From Octopus vulgaris (lineage: Eukaryota), in contig OX597828.1 of assembly GCA_951406725.2 (NCBI GenBank), positions 32,240,001-32,304,000 of the forward strand: a stretch of 64,000 bases of DNA. The letters are read 5' to 3'. Below the pieces are notes generated by a model. The model had not been told where the DNA came from. It saw only the letters and a list, made by a program, of their open reading frames with translations, and did no database searches. Positions 39,349-51,570 of this stretch are shown here, in pieces (the first letter of the stretch is position 1; every line of letters begins with the position of its first letter). The position numbers and the translations under genes are program-made.

Positions 39349-39759
39349 ATACACTTAAATATATATAATATATACAAAAATGCTTCTAGGTACAAGATTC
39401 TCTGAGTGTACATCTACTCCTCACAGAGGAACCTGTGCGTATTTGCGTGTACAAACATACACACAGATATGTTACTTTATTAGCTACACAGGGCTGAACA
39501 CAGAGGGGACAAAACACAAATTAGAGATATTCTTTACGAGAAGAAGAGAAGAAAAAAATCATAAAAAACGTGGGTCTAATTTTGATCAAAACGAATCGTG
39601 GGAAAAAAACGGGATCGTGTATCACAGAAATGTCAATGTAAAAAGGGAAAGCAGATTAGGTTTACCCGGTGAAAGAAAAGCCTACGGAAAAGACCACGGG
39701 AACCTTGGGCAATAATGTCATGCAAAAAAACACGTGGTTCTCTTTTTTCCTTTCTTTTT

Positions 39760-42557
39760 TTTTCCTTCATAGGATTATGCTGAAGTTGGCTTCGTCATTC
39801 CCACGTGCCATACTTGCCACATTCACCCATATTTTTTTAAACATTCACTCGCCGTACATCTCCTCCACTAATCCCCTATAGAATGCTTTGGTTGTGTTGA
39901 AGTCGCTCAAGGTCGACCCAGAAGGCATAGTTGTTTGAGAGCAAAGTGACACTCGCTGTGACATCGCCCTTCCTGAGCCTCTTTTCGATCCACGATTGCA
40001 GTTCGATCATGGAGACAAGCTGCGGGAAAGCGCGCCTCACAAACGGAGACCACACCTGTTGACTATCGTTTACGTAGAGCCGGAGATGTCGCAGTCTCAG
40101 CACGTGTCTGCGCATCATCAGCCACAGCATGCCCCGCTCTCCTTTTAACAGGTATTGGCAGCTAACGGATAGCCTGAACATCGGAACGCAACCCTTCCAC
40201 AAGCTGCGGAAGAGATTGCGTTCTAGTTTGGTGATGGTAGGGTCGAGACAAGGCACGACGGCCAGGCGGCAGTAGATGACGACGCGATGTACGTGTTCGC
40301 CACCTCCGCCCGACATTTTAGGGACAGATTCCTCGCAGCACATTGCCGGGCGAGAGTGACCACCCTACTCGTTATCTCGTTCCAGTTCTTCTCCATTTGG
40401 AATTCCAGACCAAACCAGACCCCGAGCAACTCAACCAGACCTTCGGTCCAGCGTCCAACCACGGAGGCGCTGGTGGACGGCATGTGTCGGTTGATTTTTT
40501 TCGCAGTTGATTTTTGCTCCAACTACCGCTTTGTAGTTTTTCAGTGTCTCGCCGACCAGCTCGATGTGCTTCTGGCTAGACACTATGGCGGTGACGTAGT
40601 CCGCGCATGCAGACACGCTCGTCTCGCATCCTAATTCTCGCGGGATGTGCCTCAGTGTCGCCAGCTTCCGCAGTAGTGGTTGGAAAGGCAATATGTATAG
40701 AAGCGACGAGAGGGGGCATCTCTGACGGACGGAAAGTGCAATGTCGAAATGTCTCGAAAGATGTCCATTTATGCAAATTACCATAATGATGCCTCTGTAC
40801 AAAGCAGCTATCCAGACGTGGAACACGGGACCGAAACCAACAGCTATGAGGACAGCCTCCATGTATCGATGGTCTACCACCATCGAATGCTTTGGATTGA
40901 TCCAAGTTAATCAGGACCCCACTCATGCCAGGTTCCTTAACTACCCTGTCTGTGATGTAGCCCATCAGGTGGCGGTTGTCATGGATGCTCCGGCCCAACA
41001 CGGCGCACGTTTGTGTCTTGTCGACCAGTTTCTCAAGGACAAGCGCCAACCTCTTGGTTAACACCTTGGCCAAAATGTCCAAGTCTGCATTGAGTAGAGT
41101 GGTGGGCCTAAAGTTATCTAATACGTACCCCATGTTTGGATCTTTTTTCTGCTCACAAAACCGGGAATGCTTCCGTTTTGCTTCCAGTTGCAGTACACTG
41201 CTGCCAAGACGTATCCAACAAGCACGTAGTATGGACCATCCAAACCCCTCGATTTGTCCCTCGAGCATTCTGCCATCGCGTCCCGCACTTCAATCGCCGT
41301 GATGGCATCTTCGCAGCACCCTCTCTCTCTTTCGAGAGTCGTGGCAGGCTGTGCAGGGAGGCACTGTAGTCCACCCTGCGTTCTCGCTCGCCACTCGTCC
41401 TGAACAGTCGGGCAAAATGCTGTTGAAAGTTCTCACACTTTTTACTTAGCTCGATTAATTCGCGCCCAGAGATCGAATGGTGCCTTTGTTCACCTGTTGC
41501 GCATCCGCTACCCAGGCCTCTCGTGCGACTCCAACACCTTCGTTCCTTAGAGCACGCATCCTGGGTCTGACAACACACCCTTCATGTTGAAGTGTTCGTC
41601 AAGGATCAATCTTGCCGCCAAAACGTCGGATGCGATGCCACTTCTAATCGTCTCTTCTAGCTTCTTAACTAGGTCACCCTCTATTATCTATGGCTAGTGC
41701 TTCGCTATACCTAATCGCTTCTGCTTGTATTACTCTCTTGAGGGCAAACCACCATTTGATGTTGAGGATGGTTCCCGTCAAATCCCTCTTTACTAGCGTG
41801 CTAATCCAGTCTCTGAAAACATGTTTCGATGGGAAAGACGTGTTTAGTTTCCAATACCCAAGACCCTGCCTATGTGTCTTACCTAAGTGTAGCGTACATT
41901 TCACAAGTCTGTGACCCGTGTAGCTGACTATGCGGAATTCTGGACACCTTCTGCTATCTCTATCTACTGCCCTATACAGACACGATCACGACGACCCGAT
42001 GCGTTTGCTCCATGTCCACGTTGACAGTACCTGTCAGACAGTTGAAAGCGTCTGAGCAGGTCTCTGAGGCATTTGCATCCCCGTCTTTTCCTATCTCTGT
42101 CCACGTAGTCTACATGAGTGTCCAAGGTACCATTCCAATCACCCACTAAAAGGAAGGGACGAGACGTTCCTTAGAATACATCTAGACGTCGAAATAAATC
42201 CGCCCGACCTGTTAAAGGCGGTGCGTAGACTAATACGAGTCGAAAAACGCACACATTGATGTCGTCGCCATATAGGATGACCAGTCTACCCTCCGGGTCT
42301 ACGAATATTGTCTTTACTTCGAGATCCAGACTCTTGCGAAAAGGTACCGATGTACTACCACACATTCTCGGCAGACAGGTAGAAAAATAAATATTAAACT
42401 ATCTGCCAAATATGGACTTTAGTGCCCGTGGATTATGGAGTCTGGTCTCACTTATGGCTATGATTTCTAACTTGTGTGACATTATGTCATTTTAGAGGTA
42501 CCCCTTTTTCCAAAGAGATCTCAAGCCACGCGCATTCACACAACCAATCTTGATCAT
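39760..42557 (-). pseudogene. Tx1 ORF2: AP endonuclease + reverse transcriptase (frameshifted)
   Basis: MIKIGCVNARGL, DPEGRLV, VYAP, GDWN, YWKLNTS, NFRPTTLLNADLDILAKVL, LINLDQSKAFD, SVRQRCPLSSLLYIL and ACADYVT (decayed YADD). Confidence 0.9.
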
Positions 42558-42699
42558 AATCCTAGTGAATGAAAACACAAATGAAAGAAACATAGGGTTA
42601 CTTACTGCTCGAAAGTTTTTGCTTTTTCCCCACCTTCGGTTCGTTGTCGAGGAGATCCCAATAAAGTTTTTTCCTAAGGTATTTTTGGCATTTACCAAC

Positions 42700-44753
42700 C
42701 GCACTGTGGAAAATGCCTTTTAGTGTGTGGTGTAGGCTTCGTGAGATGTGAAGTATTTTGATGCTTCCGGTGGTGTTGTGTATAGGTGGTTATTTGTTTT
42801 TATGTCATTTTGTTAGGCTTGTTTTTGATTTGACGTATTCCATCAACTCTGTGTTTTTAGTGTCTATAGTTGTGAGCATGTTTGCTGTATATATTTTTGT
42901 GGTGTTTGTGATCGTGTTACTGTTGTTTGTGGTAGGTTTCGAAATGTCTTCAGGAGATGTATATCTTCCTACTTTATTCGTGTTTGCATTTGGTTTGGTT
43001 CTTTATTGCTCCTTTTCCTCCTTGCTTTTCTGGTTATTTGCCATTCTTCACGGCTTTCGTCTTCGGACGAAATTTCTGAGGAATTAGGACGGGGTAGAGG
43101 CATGTTGCATGCTTCTGTGTATGTTTGTGTAAGTGGTTGTGTTGTTGTTTTCATTGATGTTGGTTATTGAAAGTTTGTGTATGGAGTGTGCGGTATAGGG
43201 GATGGGGAATTAGTTTTTGCATTATTTTTTTTCTGTTCCTTTAGTTTATGCATTTGGTGTTGGAGTTGGTAATTTCTCAGGTATTTTCTCAAGTGTTGTA
43301 TTATTTTCGATTGTTGATGGATTTGTTTGGTGTGCTTCTGTCGTCTTCTGTGTTGATGGTAGTGTGGGTAATAGTGAATTTTTCTCGGAGTGGTTTGGTT
43401 GTGGTGGTGGTGGTGGTTGTTGTTGCTCTTGTTGTGCGGCGGTTGGACTCTTCTTTTTCAAATGTGTTTCGCTGCTACACAGATAGCAGCGTGGTCTCCT
43501 GCCCTCCACCACCTCATAGAGTTTGTAGCCTTCTGGTAGTTCTATAGTGGTGGGTATCTTCTCTGTTGTTATTTTCTCAATTTGAAGAAGTAGTTGAATT
43601 GCTTTTCACATCCAGTTTTGCTGTTCTAGAACAGCGATTTCGTGCGCCTTTTCCCTGCCATTTCAAGCAGATGACAGATACTAGCTATTGTGTTTCTACT
43701 TCAGGTGGCACATGTATTATTATGACTTCCGTCACCCTCTGGCCTAAATAAGTTGTAATCATCACCAAATCATCTCTATGCAGAGCCAATGTGGAAAATC
43801 GTTTCGCTAGATTTTCATTGTGGAAACGTACTTGGACTGTGCCAAATTTATGCCACCAATTGACATATTCCTTTGAGTCCATACAGGTCGAAGGTGTTTC
43901 TCTATTTTTTACTGCGGTGCACTTTCCGATCGTCTTGTCTTCGTGTTCATAACTTCGTATATTTTGTTTTTGTGTGTGGTGTGTGTGTGTGTGTGTATTT
44001 TCCATGATGTGTTGTGGAAGTGGAGATGTAAATTACCTTCTTCTTTGGTGATAAGCTACTGTGTTGTTTATCCATTGTGCAGTGAATTTTATGGTGGTTC
44101 ACTTTTGTTTTATCGCTTCTGCGAAGTTTCTTTTGTCTTTGGTATTGTTATCGTTAGCAGAGGTGTCAGTTGTAGCAGTTGAAGTTGAAGTCGTAGTAGT
44201 GTTGGTGTTGGCGGTGCTGTCTTCGGTGGGCGGCTTTCTGCTTATTTCGTTGTTGTTGGTGGTGGTGATGGTGGTGGTACTGGCATTCAAAAGGCGGCGA
44301 GCTGGCAGAAACGTTAGCACACCGGGCGAAATGCTTAGCGGTATTTCGTCTGCGTTACGTTGTGAGTTGAAATTCCGCCGAGGTCGACTTTGCCTCTCAT
44401 CCTTTCGGGGTCGATAAATTAAGTACCAGTTACGCACTGGGGTCTATGTAATCGACTTAATACATATGTCTGTCCTTGTTTCTCCCCTCTGTGTTTATCC
44501 CCTTGAGGGTAATAACGAAATAGGTACTGGCATTCATGTTTACGTCTGTATTCATTCTTTTTAAATTCCTCTCCTCCGTCCTTCTTTCACCGATATGTGG
44601 TGTATAGAGTGGGTGAAAATCTAAGTTGATGTCTTTGGTGGTGGTGATGGTGAATGGCTGTGCGGCATTAGTTTTGTTGTTATTGTTTTTGTTGATCGTG
44701 GTGGTGACAGCGGTGTTCAAGCTGTAAGGTTCAGCAGCTAATAGCAGCGGCAT
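42700..44753 (-). pseudogene. Tx1 ORF1 (Thr/Asn-rich ends, CCHC-like knuckle), disrupted
   Basis: VEGRRPRCYLCSSETHLKKKS (CX2CX4HX4C with the last Cys lost) and KFGTVQVRF..TEVIIIHVPPE. The N-terminal part reads through once the nested SINE is removed. Confidence 0.7.
44290..44522 (+). mobile_element. Full-length young SINE family A copy with a 14-bp TSD
   Basis: Direct repeat ggtactggcattca at 44276-44289 and 44523-44536. Has a tRNA-like head, the central ggggtcgataaattaagtaccag domain and the Tx1-like tail. Confidence 0.92.
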
Positions 44754-45629
44754 GGCCTTGCTAGCGTTCTACATGACTTGCGCGCTGGCCACGTGGTTTC
44801 CAGTCACCATTTTCAATTTGAAAAAATGGCTAAAATGAAACAACGAAAGCCTTCGAAATTTTTGAAATTTTGCCTTAACAGGGGCGAAATTCAATGTAAA
44901 TATTTATCAGGTTTTGTAGCGAATGTTCTTACATAACTTTTAAACACCAAAATATTTGACAATAAAGATATCGGGCGTTGCCGGCTTAAAGTTAATTGTG
45001 AAATTCCATTCTAAAATTTGATATACGAGTATTTTTCTTAATAATTATTGTGATTAGTGGTTCTACCATTACTGGCATAATTAATTCTGTGAGAGAAAAA
45101 CCATCATTATGCTTGAAACAGAACTCACATAAAAACAAGTTGTGATAAAACTGCTTCAAATGCAACATTATGAGTGCTTTCCAACGGAATATGAATGGAA
45201 AGGTTTATTCGAATTTCCAAAACGTGTGCAACCATGAGATCCATGAGAGAACATCCATGAGAGAAGCAAGGTTCCTTTAATAGCACACCAGTTGTCTGTC
45301 CTTGCGATTGGTAATGGACTTTAGTGTAATTGGAAACCGTACTCTTTTAAAGTTTTCTGCTAAATCGGTTGTTATTAATGTAAATCCAGTAATGAATACA
45401 TACTTGCTTGTTCCTTATGTGGAGGTAAACCTGATGATTTCAGGGAGTTTAAAATCTAAACTGCAAAATTTATATATATATATCGACGGATGGATAGATA
45501 GATAAAGACACCGAGATGGTGTCAGCCCTTCTGGTGACGTTGATGATCGCCTGGGGCTAAATGCATCAGTAACACCCCCACTACCCCGCCCTGTCCCTAG
45601 CCAGATTCAGATGGCTGATCCCCCTTATG

Positions 45630-45630
<1 letters not shown>

Positions 45631-45711
<81 letters not shown>

Positions 45712-45732
45712 ATGAGTGTGTGTGTGTGTGTG
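45631..45732. repeat. (TA)n(TG)n microsatellite
   Basis: Directly visible. Confidence 0.95.
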
Positions 45733-45938
45733 AGGTAAATTAGTTTTGTATTATTTAAAGGAATCTATACACAATATATGCAGCTTTGTACAATTAAGGG
45801 ATAGCTGAGAATATGTAAAAGTATCTATAGTTTAGGACGTGTAAATATTTGCAAAGCTGATGAGGTTTATAATTTTGTATAATTGTGTTTGCATACAGGT
45901 TCAATTATCTAATATATATATATATATACATACATACT

Positions 45939-45997
<59 letters not shown>

Positions 45998-45999
45998 CG

Positions 46000-46188
46000 G
46001 GAAGCTTTATGAAAATAAACAAAAGACGAAGGCAGGTGGAAAACAAACGAACAATTGTATTAGTATGGCGCTCAGGAAATATAAATAAAACAAGTCTTTA
46101 ACGTTTCGATCCTACGCTCTTCAACAGAAAGATACACAGAGAGAGAAAAACACAGAAAGAAGGAGAGAAAAAAAATGCGTGCAGTAGC

Positions 46189-46190
<2 letters not shown>
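46000..46190 (-). mobile_element. Penelope-like hammerhead repeat inserted in a (TA)n array
   Basis: Homologous to 510-690 and bounded on both sides by (TA)n. Confidence 0.65.
46094..46133 (-). ncRNA. Minimal hammerhead ribozyme-like motif (CUGUUGA core)
   Basis: Minus strand reads UCUUU-CUGUUGA-A-GAGC-GUAG-GAUC-GAAAC-GUU^AAAGA: 5-bp stem I, ACGU stem III, one mismatch in stem II. Confidence 0.65.
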
Positions 46191-46271
<81 letters not shown>

Positions 46272-46319
46272 TGTATACACATACATGTAAAATTAGTGTC
46301 AATTATGTATATATGTGTA

Positions 46320-46620
46320 GCCTCTATATAAGTTTGTGTTGTCGATCGTGTATATAAATTTATATAGCAAAGAGTGCCAATGTCAATGAGTTTGTATAAC
46401 CAAGTGTGTATTTAAGTTTGTACAATATGGGGCGTATATAATTCTGTGTTTTCGCTGATGTATATAAATTTGTATAGTGAATAGAGTATATTAGTTGTTA
46501 TAATCATAGGTTGATACAAGTTTATATAATCATGTGTATATAGGCTTGTGTAGGTGATTATATATATATATATATATTTGTACAGTCAAGAGTGTATATA
46601 AGCTTGTGGAATTGAGTGTT
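46320..46620. repeat. Degenerate ~26-bp minisatellite
   Basis: About 11 units with the core gtgtatataagtttgt recurring at roughly 26-nt spacing. Confidence 0.65.
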
Positions 46621-46767
46621 ATGTCAGTAGTGTGAGAATCGTTAACTATAATAAGTACTAAAATAAAACTCCGGACACTAGTGTTTGCTACATGCTACAT
46701 GTGTGCTTGATTCCGAAAAAAACAACAATAACGTTTATTTTCATAATTTATATATGTATATATACAT

Positions 46768-46849
<82 letters not shown>

Positions 46850-47139
46850 GGAGGGAGAGAGAGAGAGAGAGTTGGTAGGGAGTTTTGTCGGATGTTATTT
46901 GTCTGCCATTTCTCGCTAAGGCGGTGACCATATAGAATATATTTCCTGTCCCTCCACATTAAGTCAACCTGAGAGAAAGGGTTGAACACACTCGCTAATA
47001 CACTAACAACAGCAAGTCACACACATATACTACATTAAATCAGTGTTTTGTTGTTTTCGTAAACAACCAAAGCAGTCATACTTTCGTCGAATGAGAACTA
47101 TCTCCTGTCCCTTAAAAATATAGCTCAACATTTGAGGAC

Positions 47140-47258
47140 AATCTGTATATGATTCTAAAGGCCGTTAACGTCTGAACATGATTGGTTAACTGGTTTTTGA
47201 GTGGAGTGTATGGTAACAAACAGACATATACAAATGCAATTCTATATATTAGATATAT
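47140..47258 (-). mobile_element. Possible non-autonomous Helitron/HINE-like 5' end
   Basis: Minus strand a|tctaatatatag...tgtctgtttgtt...aaaaccagttaaccaatc resembles Helitron 5' termini (TC start, (tgtc)-type repeat). Confidence 0.3.
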
Positions 47259-49989
47259 AATCGTTTGTTTGCACGGTGTACAGCGAGTTATGGACGATTA
47301 TTCGTATATTTACTCTTAACACGGCTAGACAAGTTCAGGGACTAGAATATATGGCGTCTGAACCTACCTCTGTGTGTAAGTGGGAATGCATGCAACATTC
47401 TAGATATGCAGTTTACATTTGCCGCAATACAATGGCCTTTTGTTGCGATTAGGCTCCCCTGGTAGGAGAACGGACATTTTCTTTTTACTTTGGTTGAATA
47501 ATCAATATTTATAGCATTCGCTATATAATCACAATATTATTTCAATCCAGTGACTAATAGGTTTGAGTTATATAATGCATCATGCAAAATGCTGGTCCGT
47601 GTACTTGCATAGCAGATTGGAATTGGTGTGTGTTCACCTCGTTTTCGTTGCAAAATATTAGTATCTGTCACAAAAATATGATTGGGCGTAAGTCTATATG
47701 TATTCTGTTTCTTTTGTATAGAATTCAACAAACTATATATAAATCAAGTTGCAAAGAATAAATTATATTTCAAATATATAATTCAATGTCCTTTCCATTT
47801 TCTTTGTGTGGCTGTGCTAAAGAATGGAAAATGAGATTCTTGTGTCCTCGCTTCAGCATAACTGTGTCAAAGAATGACGAGCTGAAGCATATTAGGAAAT
47901 CTTGTACATTAGGATTCTTTCTGGTTGGTCTACATATTAATGCACTGTCCACTTCAACATACACAACTAAGCATTCATGTAATACCTTTTATCAAGTGAT
48001 AATTTTTCTTCCTTCCAATCTTTAATCTTAGGGCCTATATGGATGCCAATGCGGTTGTTCTTTTATAATCAATTCATAAAAATAAACTCAATATTCTTTC
48101 AGTTCAGAGACGTGCACTAGAGGGAATTTTCGAGGTTTCTATTTTCTACTGTGATTCATATATTAGACTCCTTCATTTATAGTCTTTGGATGAACAACTC
48201 AGGATCCAGATACATATAAGCAAATACTGTCTTTAAATGAAAGCGACGATAACATTTCATCTATTATGTAATGGTATACAAAGTAATGTAGAGTGTATTT
48301 TGCTTTTCCTTTCCTAAATTAAACATTAGCTTAACAATATAATTGGTACTGACCCAATATTTGATTTTCAGTTTCTGTCTATATCTTTTTTTCTTCGGCA
48401 CTTTAATAAATTCTTAAAATACTAATTATTAGCTAAAATATTATTAATTGGGTTGTCGTAGATAATTAGCTTCATGCTGATTACCAATATCTCTTGGCTA
48501 TACAAGCTCTAAATTAATCGTTGCTTTCTCTTTATTTTTACTTCACAACATTTCGGGCGCCATTGAGTAAGAAACGAATCTAGATTTTAGTTTCTCTTCT
48601 AATTGAAAACTAATTTCTTTCCGATTACACAACACTCATCTATGTAAGGAAATAAAATCCGTAATGCAAATTCATTAAACCATTTAAATTACCGGTTATG
48701 AACTAGAGGAAAAAAGTTTTTCTTTTTTCCATCAGTTAATTGAGATCCCTTTCCTTTCGAACAATGACCACCGTTCCAGAAGATACTTGATGCTAAATCC
48801 ATTACAGTATAACACTTATATTACTGGTACTTATTTCTCGGAAATTCATTTGCTCCGAAGTCATTTCAACGTAAAGTTAAGATACCGGTGTCTGCTACTG
48901 CACTTTACATGCTACTTTACAGAATATATTCCTTGATTATTTTATGAATTTACAAATTGAGTCGCATCCTTCTAAGTGCATTGCGATTTTTATGTGTTGT
49001 ATCGAATTATCGACCCTAGTATTTAATCTCCGACTACTTAATCCTCATATCTACCAAGTGCAAACACAAATACTCAGCGATTGTGTGTGCAGGGAATTAA
49101 TGGAGACGAAAAGTAATTACATTTCTATTTTTTATCCGATACTTGTATTTCTAACATTCTCCCATACGTTCTTGATAGATTCTTCGCAATTTTCGGCTAC
49201 AAAATTTCATACACTAAGTGATATTTCAATGTACACCAAAGGGACGTTCACCTCCCCCGCCCCCATGGCTACACTGCAGAATTAAATAAGAAATCTAAGA
49301 ACTACAATTCTTTAATCTCAAATTTGTTTTCCACTGCATTGACACTTAAATATATTTTCCATGCTCAGATATCTATTACGATTAAAGTTCTAGAAAAACG
49401 TTGACCAATTCTGAATGCTAAAATAGACAGGTCCTTGATATTACAGATTAAACCAATATACAAGAATACAAATTCCTTGTTTAAAATCCACCACGACATT
49501 TTCGAAACTGAATAAATGTATTCAACTCTATGAAGAAATAGCAATTACGACTTATTAAGACTGAAATAAAGAACTTAAAAACTTTAGCGCCAGAATGTCC
49601 TGGAATCTATCAACTCCTTGATACAGTTGACTGAGAAGAAGTCATATAAAATAGCTCTTGAGAATTAACTACCGTGACATCGTGTTGTCCATTGGTGCAT
49701 AACGTTTCTAATTACCACTTTGTCAGCACTGGTGTCAAGGGAAAACATAGGTATCTACTAGCTAGAAAATATAGTTCAGTAATTTTCATAGACACTACAA
49801 CTATATATAAATCTGAAGAACAATGAGAAAGTGCATCTAGCTTTTGCTGTATTTTAACCACTTCTGTTGGATATAACGAGGAACACTATAAGTAGCCACT
49901 CGACCAACTGAATGCGCCAGCAAATTTCCTTCAAATCACATAATTTTTTACTCGTTTTAAAAATAATGAAAGGAACATCAATAAACACA

Positions 49990-50160
49990 GGCGCAGGAGT
50001 GGCTGTGTGGTAAGTAGCTTGCTAACCAACCACATGGTTGCGGGTTCAGTCCCACTGCGTGGCATCTTGGGCAGGTGTCTTCTGCTATAGCCCCGGGCCG
50101 ACCAATGCCTTGTGAGTGGATTTGGTAGACGGGAACTGAAAGAAGCCTGTCGTATATATG

Positions 50161-50215
<55 letters not shown>

Positions 50216-50432
50216 TTGTGTGTCTGTTTTTGTCCCCCTAGCATTGCTTGACAACCGATGCTGGTGTGTCTACGTCCCCGTCACTTAGCGGTTCGGCAAA
50301 AGAGACCGATAGAATAAGTACTGGGCTTACAAAGAATAAGTTCCGGGGTCAATTTGATCGACTAAAGGCGGTGCTCCAGCATGGCCGCAGTCAAATGACT
50401 GAAACAAGTAATAGAGTAATAGAGTAGAGTAA
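49990..50432 (+). mobile_element. SINE family B, full length, with internal (TA)n(TG)n
   Basis: A box tggctgtgtggt, B box gggttcagtcc, internal microsatellite at 50153-50215, (agagtaa)-type tail. Near-identical copy at 55180-55616. Confidence 0.9.
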
Positions 50433-51209
50433 ATACGATTGGGCGTTCAAGGATGGAATGCATTTTGCCGGGATTGTCATGACATTAAACAGTAACAACA
50501 TACGATATGAACGTCATTGTGAGACACTATTCGTATACTCGTATATCGATAAATATGACGACTATGATTAAAGAAGAGAATTGAAATCGTTACAATCACA
50601 ACAAGTTAACTTAATTTGCATTTAGGAAAGATAGGAACACCCATGTATTTCAGAGGTAACGCAACTAGTGTCGATAGCTCATTACAGGGTCTCTTTGAGG
50701 TATCTTCGTACAAGATATACAAAGGTATCTTCGTACAACAAAACTGACCCGAAAAATAGCAAAAGTATATACGTCGACAATGTCACAGAAGACTACAGGT
50801 TAAACTTTTAGAATACGTAACAAATTAAATCTATTACCCGAGTCGACTTATTCTTTAATGGAGTAGTGAATATCAAAACACTATAACCCCAACTTTAAAA
50901 TATTGTATTGAGCAGTGCCAGTTGTCTCGCGGAATTTCCCACTTATTAACACTTTTCTCCACTTGCATATATTCCATGGTAACTTGAGTAACCCCTTCAC
51001 ATCTTCACCGTCTTCTCTCTATTTCTAGCTTCATCAGAGGTAGGCATGTATCTCCTCTACAACAAATGTCCTATTTCTGTCCCTCTATTCATATTCTAAC
51101 CTCTCATCACTTGGCACGAATTCACCTCACTCAATATTAGAGACACTTAAGTGGAGGAGAATTCTTAAGCAATTTACTCGGTGACCTCAATATTCATGCT
51201 ACCACGCAG

Positions 51210-51335
51210 GGTTATGAAGGCATCCATCTGTAGAACCCACGCTAAAACAGACAGTAGACCTTGGTGCAGTCTTCTGTCTTAGGCACATTCTGTCAAACCA
51301 TCCAGCTCACGTCAGTAAGGAACGAGGATTTGAAG
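51210..51335 (+). mobile_element. Degenerate SINE/RTE-type 3' tail fragment
   Basis: gaagggcatccatctgtagaa...tgtcaaaccatccagctcacgtcag resembles RTE-tailed SINE 3' ends (from recall, not searched). Confidence 0.35.
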
Positions 51336-51453
51336 GTGTGAGGATACTACTATATGAGCATGTGGATGTGTGAGCCTGTGTCTGTCTCCGCGTGAATGTG
51401 TTAGCGCTAAAGTTTTAAGTTCTTTATTTCAGTCTTAATAAGTCGTAATTGAT

Positions 51454-51570
51454 ATGGCTTAGCAGTTAGTGTATTACACTCGTGACCGCTAGATCGTGGG
51501 TTCGATTCCCAGACCGGGCGGTGAGTTGTAATGTTCAGCGTAACGCTTCACTTCACGTTGCTATGCAGTT
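51454..51570 (+). mobile_element. SINE family C-related 5' fragment
   Basis: tggcttagcagttag...gggttcgattcccagaccgggc...cttcacgttgct parallels the reverse complement of 39240-39348. Confidence 0.55.

Larger units (their letters stand above)
39475..44800 (-). mobile_element. Tx1/L1-clade non-LTR retrotransposon, near full length, decayed
   Basis: Two-ORF layout: ORF1 with a zinc knuckle, ORF2 with APE and RT. The 3' end finishes with aataaa. The 5' boundary is approximate. Confidence 0.85.

Noticed and set aside
46320-46620. CRISPR-like repeat/spacer appearance
   Set aside because: The context is eukaryotic, the repeats are degenerate, the 'spacers' are only ~10 nt and resemble each other, and there are no cas genes. 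It is a minisatellite.
50697-50738. 16-bp direct repeat aggtatcttcgtacaa with a 9-nt spacer (similar short duplications at 36869-36903 and 45232-45263)
   Set aside because: Ordinary local slippage duplications with no further structure.
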